Position numbers and translations under genes: made by a program. A DNA stretch of 51,777 bases, taken from Catajapyx aquilonaris. Taxonomy: Eukaryota. The stretch is from contig KZ540085.1 in the NCBI GenBank assembly GCA_000934665.2, positions 1-51,777 of the forward strand, read 5' to 3'. The notes beneath the pieces were generated by a model. That model was given only the letters and a program-made list of their open reading frames with translations, was not told the DNA's origin and searched no databases. Below, piece by piece: positions 39,089 through 49,495 of this stretch; position 1 is the first letter of the stretch; each line of letters opens with the position of its first letter.

Positions 39089-41561
39089 TATCTTTATACA
39101 GCTAATAATATTAGCTGCTATGATATTATCATAACAGCTCGTGTAACCAATATGATAACACCTATCAAACTAATATATAAATGTGTTGGCAGTCCCGAGA
39201 TGTGCGACGTTCCTTTCTCCGTCGACTATTGGTTTTACAATGTAATGGAGCTCGAGTAAAAGGAGCGTCTCGAGAAAGAAGAAGAAAAAAAGATGCTGCA
39301 CGGGGGCCCCCCTTTTTCCGGGGACGGATTTTTAGAAACCTGTTGCTTACAGGCCGCGACACCGCCTGTCCTCTAAAGTCTCTTCTCTCTCTCTCTCTCT
39401 CTCTCGTTCCCCCCCCCCCTTCCCCTTTTTTTCTCTCTCTCTCCCCCGCCCGGAGGAAAAGCACCGCTCCGAGCTTGCAGAGTAAATGCTGTGAAAACCC
39501 TCGCCCCCGCTAACATATTGCTGCAGATTTAACCACTGATTTGGGCTTATCTCAACAGGGGCTCAAAGGGGGGAGCTGCATGACCCCCTTCCCTTTAATA
39601 ATGTACGAATTCAATCGACGCCCAATGATCAGGTCTGTAATCGGAGCTCATTTTACTGACATTACGATCAAATCGGCAGGTACTTTTTCATGCCGGAGAT
39701 GCATAACAATGTTCAAATCCTTTTTCCGGACAACATTTTATTTTATAGCAAAAAGTGCCGCAGTGTTAGTCAACAATCGCAACAACCGCTGGAAACTAGT
39801 TAGTGCAATTAGCAACACCAATTTTCTCAGAAGTACACACAAGAGGTGAACAGGCTCGTAAAATTACACGTATATTACAACCTCACGAGTTACTAGGGCG
39901 CTAACACTGCTTCGGGGTCATTTAGGTGACCAATATAAAAGGGCACGAAATATTAATGGCATAATAATTTAATGCAATTCTGTCCGGCAATACACTCCAT
40001 TTTTTCTTTTTTTTTTCTTCTTTTTTTGAAAACGGCTATCACGCTTCGGGATCGCGAAATTCCAAATCGTTTTTCAAGGATTTATGGAGCGGCTCTAAAT
40101 AAATTCCGCGTGATAATTTTTGCATGCGGTTTGCATACTTTCGGGCTTTTGTCGGCCGATGGAAAAATTAGTCGTCCAGCATGCCTCAGCTTGGGAGGGA
40201 AAACGGCAAAAGGTGATCTAGATGATAACTAGTTTTGCTAAGCATCGCCTCGCCATAATGATAATAAGCCAAGATGCCAGCTTACCTTTTATTACTCCCG
40301 CCAACTTGTTAAGGAAACATTTATTAGTAAGCGCCAATAAAAATCTAGGCTATTTACTTCTGGCTATGTCATAAACGAAACTAAATAACTGCTACCTGGT
40401 TTACAACGCGAATAGCAACTATGTATGTATACCGTATACAACTTCAATGTGCGAAGTTGTTTACAAAGGATTGTTTACGCCAAATTCTGCATCCATTTGA
40501 ATTATGAACAACTGCAAATACCTTCTGCGTCCAGACTAGGGTTATCGTAAAAATGTATCGAGTTAAAATTAATAAGTTGTCATAAAACTAAATAGTCTTA
40601 AATGAACTTTGTGTGCCTCAAAATAGTATCCGACGACTTCTTAAAATTGAAAGAAAAATGATTTCAGGTTCTGTGGCCATTTAAACTTGAAAAATAATTA
40701 GCAATACTCTCAGCTCTGGCACAATTGCAATAATTTTTGAGTAGATGTCATTTTAGTGTGCCAACCAGAATGCGTGCCTATGCAGATGACATATCTTAAT
40801 TTCTATCGCTTAATCCAAAATCGGCCTATTTCCAGACGCCACGTGATAGGCGAAGCCTTTTTGCTGCTCCGATTGATGCAAATTGTTCCGCCTTTCCTTC
40901 TTACACTCCATCTCCCTCCTTTTTCCTCTCTCCAATAAATCGTGTCAAGTGTGCGTCCGCTCTTGCATTCCTGTCCCCAAAACTCAATCTTTTTCCTCTT
41001 CAAAAAAATTCCTCAACTCTGAATATCCTGATGTTCCGCAACGCAAAGGTTAATTGGTCGGAAAAGAATTTTTGCGCGGTAAGAAAACAGCAGGGGTGTG
41101 CAACTGCTTCTTTTTCTTTTCTTCTTGATCTTGGGGGGAGGAGGAGGCTCACCCAGCACCTAGCTTGTAACCGAATTCTTGAGTGGCTTGAAACACGCCA
41201 TAGTCGGCATCGATCGTCCAGGCTGACAAGCAAATACCTTCTCACGGAGTGGCTTAATTCGATGGTTATCCACTCCCAGACATGTCGCGGAGATTTGGAG
41301 GCCGACAACCGCTGTAATTGGCGGCCTTTTCAGGGCAGAACACATGCTTTAGGAGGCCGGTACAGACTGGTGAACTGACCCAAGGCTGTCACAAAAATTT
41401 GAATGGAAAGTTTGATATCTGGTCTGGTGGGCATATGTAGTCAAATTAGTTTTCCTGGGTGAGTCAATGTCTATTATATTAAATTGTTAAACTAAAGTAT
41501 CCTTTTCCTAATAGGCTTATTCTCTCCGTCGGTTTCTTGTCTGATCTGATAGTACATCTAT

Positions 41562-41622
41562 CTCTCGCACGACCTGAGTGTGGTAGGAGTCTGCGCCATC
41601 TATACGTAAAGAATATTACTAC
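41562..41622 (-). repeat. Interspersed repeat family X, copy F
   Basis: Minus-strand ACGTAGTAATATTCTTTACGTATAGATGGCGCAG...CCACACTCAGGTCGTGCGAGAG matches copy B. Confidence 0.6.
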
Positions 41623-43429
41623 GTGGTGAATCCAGCGAGCCATCTCATTAAAGTTGTTTCGAGTGTTACTGTCATGCTGATTGTGCGATATAGATTTCGA
41701 CAAATTTTGGCAACCTTCCTCCAGTACTCTGTACTTGGGCATTGCACCACCCTGTTGTACAGTGTTTTAATATATACGCACAGAGGCCCAGTGCAGCAAG
41801 CAGGCATGTCGATGAAATAGAGCAGCAATTGTTCATATCCTCGCGGGACAAGTTAGCAACTCTTGGTCGAACAAATTGAGTTAATTATGCGTCTGGTTTG
41901 TGCGCTAATTTCTGTGCCAATCAGTTGAATGCGTCGTCAGGGGACAAATCACTGCGGGCTTGAGTGCGCGACGTCTGTTTCAGGGGGGACGACTGTTGGA
42001 GACAAAAAGTTCTGGGGGGGTTGGTGTCAAAAATTGGCGAATTGTCCGCATAAGCCATTTAGCTAGGGGTCCTCCTCTCTAGGTAAATTTCGTCGGATTT
42101 TGTAGGACTTTACAACTCGTGGGATTCGTCCCACTTGCCACTTCCTCCAACCCCAAAAAATCCGGGTTTGGCCCCCCCTAGGACAATCCAGCCTTGCGAG
42201 ACTTGTTCCTTGTTGGCCGCTGGCAGAGATTTGGCGCCCGCATCACACTCTCTAAGTAGGGAATGTTTATCCTCTAGGGGGGGTCCACCCATTCACTTAA
42301 TCTCATTGTTCATGCGGTTTTGCGGGGACTGCTCCCTCACTAAGTTTTCCTGGCCGGACAAACCATAGTTGGAAACAGAAAGGAGGTGGGGGTGGGGTTT
42401 GCATTGAAATCCGGGAGTACCGCAGTTATGCCCGGAGAATGCGGCCCCCTTTGCAATAGGTGGCGCTCGAGACTAATTTCCTCACTTACTCTTGTCGTGT
42501 ACTGGCTGCCACCTAGCCAGAAAGACAACAATGCAGTGGCTACACAGAAGGTCACTTAATTCCAGCCTATTTGTCCTCCCTCGTTTTTTTTCTAGCTAAA
42601 AAACTGGGGAGGGCGAAATAGCGGCAGCGGCATTGCTGCTGACTTGTCGCCGTCCAAAACCTTGCTGAATAGACGAATGTTCTTTTGGCGAGTTGGCACG
42701 GCATAATTACGGAGCTTCTGTTAGCTTAGTGCATTAGTGGAGCTGAATTAAAGCTTTGTTACTATTTCCACTAGATTAATTAGGCTTATTAGCTATTCAT
42801 TTTGCAACCTGAAATTGCTCATATAGCCCCCCCTCCCAGCTCGCCCAACCACCCCCCATTAGCCGGTGCCATATAGACGGCGGGCGGCTGTGAGACGACT
42901 AATGATCAATGACGTTGCCTGTTGTCCGCCGGTACACCTTTTCAGTACCCGGGGGTTTGGTTGGGGGGGAGAAAAAACTCAGAATAAATTGAGACTTCGA
43001 TTAGTGGTGGTGGCGGGTTAGCTGGGCGAGTGTGCAGGGATGAAAATGAGCGAATTCCAGCATTTTGCACACATGCCTATAGCCTCTGCTGACGCAAAAT
43101 GACTAAAAAGGAATTGCTCTCTCAACAGCTACTCTGTCACTTGTATGCTAACAAAGGTCCGGTGGTATTGCCGCCACTTGCTAAAACGGACGGCTTCACC
43201 ACAAGTCGACCATTTCCTATATACTGTTTCTAACTAGTGTGTCGTCCGACAGGGAAATAACTCGTCGGCTCTAAACAAGTCGAAAATGTAGAGGTGAGAA
43301 ATTCCGAGGGAGCAACTGGTAACAAGGTAGATGACAAGGAACATTAGGATGCCACTAGACACGCACGACAAGACAGTGTTCACAGCAAAATAATGCTTCC
43401 AAACCGCACTGGGTGTTTCAAAAGGGTGT

Positions 43430-43438
43430 TCTTACCTG
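43430..43438 (-). promoter_or_regulatory. Consensus 5' splice donor (CAG|GTAAGA) in the LMO4 3' region; possible 3'-UTR intron start
   Basis: Plus-strand TCTTACCTG reads CAG|GTAAGA on the gene strand. It sits shortly after the GC-rich, exon-like sequence fades. The partner acceptor was not identified. Confidence 0.45.
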
Positions 43439-43478
43439 GATGGCATGTTGTGTGGAGAAAAGAGCTGGTGACGTATTT

Positions 43479-43712
43479 TCAGCGGAGATGGTGGAGGCAA
43501 TAACGAAAGGCCTGTGCGGCATCTGGGGAATAGATCTCGGGGACGGCGTCGGCCTCTGGGGGCAGCTGCAGGGGCAAGGGCGGGGGCAGGGGCTGTCCCT
43601 GCTGGGGCATGGGCAGGGGCATGGGCATGGGGTGCTGGCTGAACGGGGGCAGGGGCGGGCAGGGCAAGGGCGGAGGGCAAGGGGCCGGTGGAGGGGCAGA
43701 GGGGGTGGGCGG
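43479..43712 (-). other. Candidate stop-codon readthrough extension of LMO4 (77 codons, Pro-rich) ending at a second TGA
   Basis: The first stop is TGA-C. The frame stays open for 77 codons to TGA at 43481-43479. Hand count of G+C by codon position: 60/77, 46/77, 62/77, a coding-like pattern. Confidence 0.45.
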
Positions 43713-44037
43713 TCAGTCCCGACTACGCCTAGGTCGGCCCACCTTCCCCTTTCGCACGGGGCCGCCCTGGGGCGCGCCCACCCCACCACCGGCCACGGCC
43801 GCGGCCGCTGCGCCCTTGAGCAGCTTCTGGCAGTCCTGCTCGCACAGCAACGCACCTTGCACCAGGGCGTATCGGTCCCCAGGGTTTAGCGGCACCTGGC
43901 ACTTGGAGCACACGAAGCACTTGAGGTGGTACACGTAGTGCTGCCCCGGGCCCTGCCCCGGACCCGCCCGCATCACGAACTCGTTGGCTGGTATCATCTG
44001 TCCGCACGCCGTGCACGCCCCCGTGTTGCCGTACAAC
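43713..44037 (-). CDS. LMO4: LMO4-like last coding exon: LIM2 plus basic C-terminal tail, TGA stop at 43715-43713
   Basis: Acceptor GTGTCTTCCTTAG|G at 44038/44037 completes the split Arg codon (AG|G), giving DYIR-LYGNTGACTACGQMIPANEFVMRA...VYHLKCFVCSKC...PGDRYALVQGALLCEQD. This matches the LMO4 LIM1-LIM2 linker and LIM2. No homeodomain follows, hence LIM-only. Spliced CDS is 503+325=828 nt, i.e. 275 aa plus stop. Confidence 0.95.
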
Positions 44038-44963
44038 CTAAGGAAGACACGACATTTTAGTGCACAGTATAGGGTTCAAACAGCAGGGTTACCAGTCACA
44101 GAACCAGGGTAGCCAATCATAAATATATTCAAAGTTAGGCTACCACTCACAGAAACAGCTTTGTCAACAGGGTTGTCATTCATAATTATTTCAAAGTTAA
44201 ATAAATTAAATCCGTGACATCGGGCAATTCAAAACAGTGCGTTCAAGTGACGCCATTTTTACGTCGCCAAAGTTAGCCAACGTCTATGAATTCCGGGCTG
44301 AGGTTGACGTCAGTGGCAGGCAACACCTCCGGGGACTGTATCCGAAGGGTGTGACAGACAAGGTGGCGCAATCTGGGTCTGTCAACGAAGCCGCGTGTGA
44401 AACAAACCGTTTCATTAGTTAACAACCCTGCGTTTCCTTAGACGCAACTTGGCCCGGAGCGGCAAGGCACAAGTAGTCCCCTTTGGGGAATTGATCTCAG
44501 GGCAAAAGGAAATTTCGCATCCCGGAATTATACAGGGAAAAGGAACCCCCGCCTCATGTCTCAAGATATCTTGGGTTTTTGCCCATCGGAAAAAGAGCAG
44601 CCGGGGGTAGGGGATGGTCGGCCTCAAAAATTTGGAGGACTACCAAACGGGCCACTTACAAGGGCTATAAAAGCATTGCGCGTGTCTCCCAGTGTTGCAT
44701 GACTCCGGATCCCATCTTGTTAAAAACCTTCCCCCCCCTCTCCCCATCCCCTACCCCCACCCCAAACAGGCGGAGACTTACTGCTCATAGCCGTTGCCAA
44801 TTTCTGCGCGGTCAAGCCTTCACCGTTTGTGTCACATAAGTATTCATTTGCAGGACAGTCCGCTACAGCAGTCACAGTGTTATACTGTATACAGGGTGGT
44901 CCATCTCACAAATGCAAAAAAAAAAATGAAATTATCATTTGAAATTCTTATTATTATTAGGCC

Positions 44964-44983
44964 TATTATTATTATTATTATTA

Positions 44984-45033
<50 letters not shown>
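44964..45033. repeat. (ATT)n microsatellite in the LMO4 intron
   Basis: Trinucleotide run with one substitution. Confidence 0.97.
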
Positions 45034-45035
<2 letters not shown>

Positions 45036-45676
45036 CTATAATTTCATGAAAATGTCATGTAAAAATATCTAAATGAGTATTTTAATAAATCCACATTTCC
45101 TGAAATCAGCTCTTTTTAATCGTAAGTTTCTAACCGTTATTTTAGTGATTATGAAAATATTATCTGCTTCTATTAGGTTGGACGTACTAATTTTTTGTCG
45201 CAGATAAAATTTCCAGTAAGTTCAACATTTGATTCACACTGTGGCCGAGGCGCGCTCGAAACGTCTCGCCTTGTTATAGTTGTCCAGCACTGCTATAGGA
45301 AATTCACTGGAACTCATTGTCAGTGCATCAACCTATTATTAGCAACTAATTTTTTTTTGACAGCCCTCTAAAATAATGTTAAGATTTTGACCCTGCTTTC
45401 AATGCCGCAGTTATCGTGACTCAACTTATTAATAATAGCTTAGTGCCAAAAATTGCAGACTGAAACGCAGGTTGCTTATCATTTAACTGCTTGCTGGGGG
45501 TAAACAATGCATGATTTCTCTCCCCTGTGGAATTGGGGTGCTTTTGGTCGGTGCACCACCCTGTAGACATAATATTTGGCAACAGCGGCTGGGCCGCCAG
45601 TTAGGCTCCGAAGCCAACTCCTATCCAATCACTCAATTTCTTTGAAAGGTAGTAAAACCCTGATGGTTTTCTGCCN

Positions 45677-45746
<70 letters not shown>
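45677..45746. repeat. (CT)n microsatellite in the LMO4 intron
   Basis: Perfect 70-bp run following a single N. Confidence 0.97.
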
Positions 45747-45751
<5 letters not shown>

Positions 45752-46955
45752 GCTTGCTGTTGCTGCCCCATGCTGTTACGTTGGTTGATTTTGAACCTTC
45801 CGGATGACTCACGCGCTATTTCAAACTCCAATCAGGCTAATTGGCAATCTCTCCTTATTGGCACTCTGACTAGTAGGCAAAGAAAGAAACACGTGTTTCA
45901 TTACTCTGGAGGTCTCTGCCCAACCTTTAGACTTGTTTCCGACTGGAATAACAATCCTTCTCGGAATGGCCTCCTCTCTTCACTTGGGCCCCCCCAGTCC
46001 AAAAAAGAAAGGAAAGAAAAAAAAACTGAGTAGTAGTAGTCCCCTGGCTGCCTCTTACTTCTATTTGGAAAAACACTCTTGTGTGCAAATGAGACTCAGG
46101 CACGCCAACTAAGATCCATTAGAAAACCCTCCTTCTTCTTCTCTGGTCTCACCTTCGTTTTAACTCCCTCAGCTTTCCCGTCCTTCTGCCAGAATTGGCA
46201 TTAATAATATGCATGCATCATTTTTACACCACTTTGTATCATTTCAGCAAGTTTTGGCGGAATATCTGAGTGCAAACGAGGATGCAACCAATAATCCAGA
46301 TGGAAGCCTCGGCATCAGGTATTTTTAAAATAAATATAGGGCGATACTAATCTATTAAATATTCGCACTATATTATAGAGTTACCACTTCCTCTCGCTGT
46401 TTACATCGTAAATTTCACATGTGGTTTTTATGGTTACTCCACTGATAAGATGTCAAGGACAAGGCACCATGTCGCGTAACAAATCTCGCAAAGAAAAAAT
46501 GGTTGTCTTTGTCTCCAGTTCGTTTTGACTGAGGTCCACTAATAGCTAATAAGGTTGATTAATAAATAATCAAATGTAACTGCTTAAAATGCAGTTTATT
46601 GCAAAAAATCGCTAATCATTACGGACAATTAAATTAGGAGTGTTCAAATTGGTGTTCGTTACAGGTCGCAATTTCTCGCACTAAGCGTCTGATTATTAAG
46701 AAATTACTTTTAGCAATATTATGTGCCAATATGATATTAGAACCAGTTATTTAGTCCTGAAACAGTGAATTTTCCGATCAATCCATATCGGCATATTTAA
46801 TGGTTGATCGCATTTTATTGCTGCCCATACTTTATGCAGGACCAGTACAGGATATAATAAAATGTTCGCACCTAATTTCCATTGCAACTCTTAAAATCAG
46901 TTGTTCCTAATTGACTAATAGCCCACGAAAAAGCGAAAGGGATACTAAAGAGGTG

Positions 46956-46994
46956 AATAAACAAATAAACAAACAAACAAATAAATAAATAAAT
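46956..46994. repeat. (AAAC/AAAT)n tetranucleotide tract
   Basis: AATAAACAAATAAACAAACAAACAAATAAATAAATAAAT, adjacent to the intronic foldback element. Confidence 0.85.
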
Positions 46995-47000
46995 TTAATG

Positions 47001-47241
47001 TATTTGAACGCCCTCTTGGCTGAATTTACATTTTGCCAAGTTAGATGTCAGTTTTACCTGGAGATATTTTTGCGATAAGCAATAAGTAATGAAGTGGATA
47101 CAGTAAATGAAAAATAATAACTTCATAAACAAAACAAAAAAATCATAATAACAAGCAACTGTGCGCAATATATCTCCCAAGTAAAACTCGACACCTTTAT
47201 GGAACCCTGTAAATCCGGCCAAGTAAGAGGGCGTTCAAGTA
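47001..47241. mobile_element. Degenerate foldback MITE-like element in the LMO4 intron
   Basis: 47001-47074 (TATTTGAACGCCCTCTTGGCTGAATTTACA...GTCAGTTTTACCTGGAGATAT) is an imperfect inverted copy of 47162-47241 (ATATCTCCCAAGTAAAACTCGAC...TGTAAATCCGGCCAAGTAAGAGGGCGTTCAAGTA). Confidence 0.65.
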
Positions 47242-49495
47242 TGCATCAATTCCGATTGCGCATGTGATTTAGACCCTGGAACACGTCTCCTCGAGTGATT
47301 ACTAACCCTCCCGCCATCTGATTCGCTGCCAGCCAAAAACTCCCCTCTAACAAAAAGTGACAAATTAAACCGTTAGTTAACAAGATAAACACTACAAAAG
47401 AGTACAAAGTGGATGCGGGCCACAGCACACACATCCCAGTAGGCCTCGAGGCACGCCCCGGGGCGACACTCCCTGCCACCTTGACTCCTCGCATCTGTGC
47501 AAAAGCACACAACACCGTTTATTTCTTCTGGGAGGCTTCATCTGGCGCATAGCTTCCGGCTCCTATAGGCTTCTATATAGGCTTCGATTCCCTCCCCCCA
47601 CACCCGAGAGTGCAAAGAAAAGAGAGAATCGCCTGCAGCCAATTGGGCTAATTTTTCTGCAGCTGGCTCCGGATAATAGACGCCCCAATATTGGCCAATC
47701 TATTTGCCTAGAGGGGCTAACGAGAGGGGAAAAAAGGTGGTAGGAAAAGGAGGAGGGAAGTGAGTGGGGGGGCATAAGGAAAATTGGGGAGTTGAAGTTG
47801 GATAACTTAATTTGGGCGCCGGAGCCTATTGCCTGCAACTGGCCTTCCATTCGGAATCAATATTGACTTGCAGGGGGGTCCCCCTTCTCTAGCTAGGTGG
47901 GGTGGGTGGTAGGGTGGGTTGAAGCCCCGAAGAGCCTGCTAACTTCACTCCTAATGGCATTTGCATATATTTGCTAAGGTGGGGGAAATGGCCCGGCTTG
48001 GGTAATAGTTGCGCCAAAATCAATTTGCATCCGTTTACCAATCGTTTATTCCTGATCGCCCGTGATCAAAATTGACGATTTTTGTTGCTTTTACTAGGAG
48101 CAGGCCCTATACTTTTCACACCTGCATAGCTGCTATGCAAACCGCTATTTGAACATGCGAGGGGGGCTGGAAATCGCGGTGCATTATTCGGGAGGAAAAG
48201 AATGGTTATCTATCCTTAGGAAGCGGAACTTGGCAGATGGATTAATTTTCGAAGCCCGTGTCCCTCCCCCCCATCCAATCTTATCCCCTAAAAGCTTCCC
48301 AGGAAGCAATTAGAGTAGGGGACCTCAATTCCAGCTAGGCGGCGCTTAAGCTAATGATTGCTCGCCGTTTCATCGCGATGAGAAAATACACGGCTCCCTC
48401 TCTCCTTTAGAAAACCGAATGGCCCTTCTAAAATTACCGCAGTAACTAAAAGCAATTGTCTCCTTCCCCAACTTATGTTCCTTGATATCTGCTGTGACGC
48501 CTTTAGCATGTTTACAGCCGCTTTTTACGGTACCATTCCCCGAAAGCTTTTAGTCCGTCTGTGTAAAAACAGGCCGTTTGGCGCCGTTGCAAGATTACGT
48601 CAACGCCCGGGACTTTTCCGGAAGGGGGCGGAGGATGTTCGCAATAGTTAGAAAAGCTGATTTGTTTGGCTTGCACAAGGGGTCATTCCACCTGCTGTGT
48701 CAACTAACTGGCAAGAAGCAGCTCATAGACACACGCGGCAACCCACACCAAAATCGGCCGAAAATTGCTGTATACTGCAGGCCAACGAACGTTATCGTGG
48801 CTTTGCCATGCCGAGATGCATTCGGACGCGCTATCTGAACTGTCACGCGCCACTTCGTCTCGTAGGAAAGAGCATCCACCTAACCTAACCTAACCGATGT
48901 GCCTAATTTTTCCCTTCTGAGACTTGATCGCCCTTGCTTCCTTCATCCTTCCCCCCCTGAAGCTCAGGAGAGGACGATAGATCCTTGGCAGCCCTGTGGA
49001 GAAGTGGTTCTAGGCCGGCAATTTGGCGGGATCTAGAAGTTCCGCAATGCTATTGGAAACAGGCTTAGCTCACTCCAACCCAAAATAGGGAGGAAGCCAA
49101 TTGACACATGATGACCCGACTCCTCTTTTTGCGCCGCTTATGGCCTGGAGTGGGGGGGGTTCTACTTCTCCCTCCCTCCCTACCCCTCCCCTCCCACCAA
49201 AGTTTCTGGTCAACATTCATTACCGGAGGATTAAGGCCTGCGTGGTTGCCATAGAACCCGGGGTTTCCAGGATTGGTTTCGACCCCCGGATCACAGGAGG
49301 ATCATATTTTTTTTAAAAAAAAGATGGAACTTGTCTCTAATAATGCGTCATCTCCTGCAAAAATGTCAGCTGTTTTCTGATGGCTCTGCAGGTTGGGAAA
49401 GTCGCTATTCTGCTATTTGCATGTTTGATATTGGCAGTGAAAGTGTGAGCGTCAATATTATTTCCTGATGCGTAGAATGAGGCACCTCGTCTCAC

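Larger units (their letters stand above)
44038..49495 (-). other. LMO4: Phase-2 GT-AG intron of LMO4 (about 5.46 kb)
   Basis: GTGAG donor and pyrimidine-rich TAG acceptor join the two LIM exons in frame. It contains an N at 45676, so the length is approximate. Confidence 0.92.

Noticed and set aside
277..43400. Numerous 60-190 aa ORFs in the supplied track
   Set aside because: No recognisable domains. Many start at TTG/GTG or run through microsatellites, homopolymers or N. They are consistent with chance ORFs in non-coding eukaryotic DNA.
43413..44016. Overlapping alternative-frame and antisense ORFs across the last LMO4 exon
   Set aside because: Shadows of GC-rich, stop-poor coding sequence. 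Only the LIM frame and its in-frame continuation show a coding-like codon pattern.
44888..44925. TACAGGGTGGTCCA mariner-like terminus in the LMO4 intron
   Set aside because: No matching opposite TIR was found, so no element can be delimited.
48879..48895. (TAACC)3, and a similar TTAGG pair at 14857-14869, as interstitial arthropod telomere repeats
   Set aside because: Only 2-3 units; such runs are common in TE remnants and by chance.
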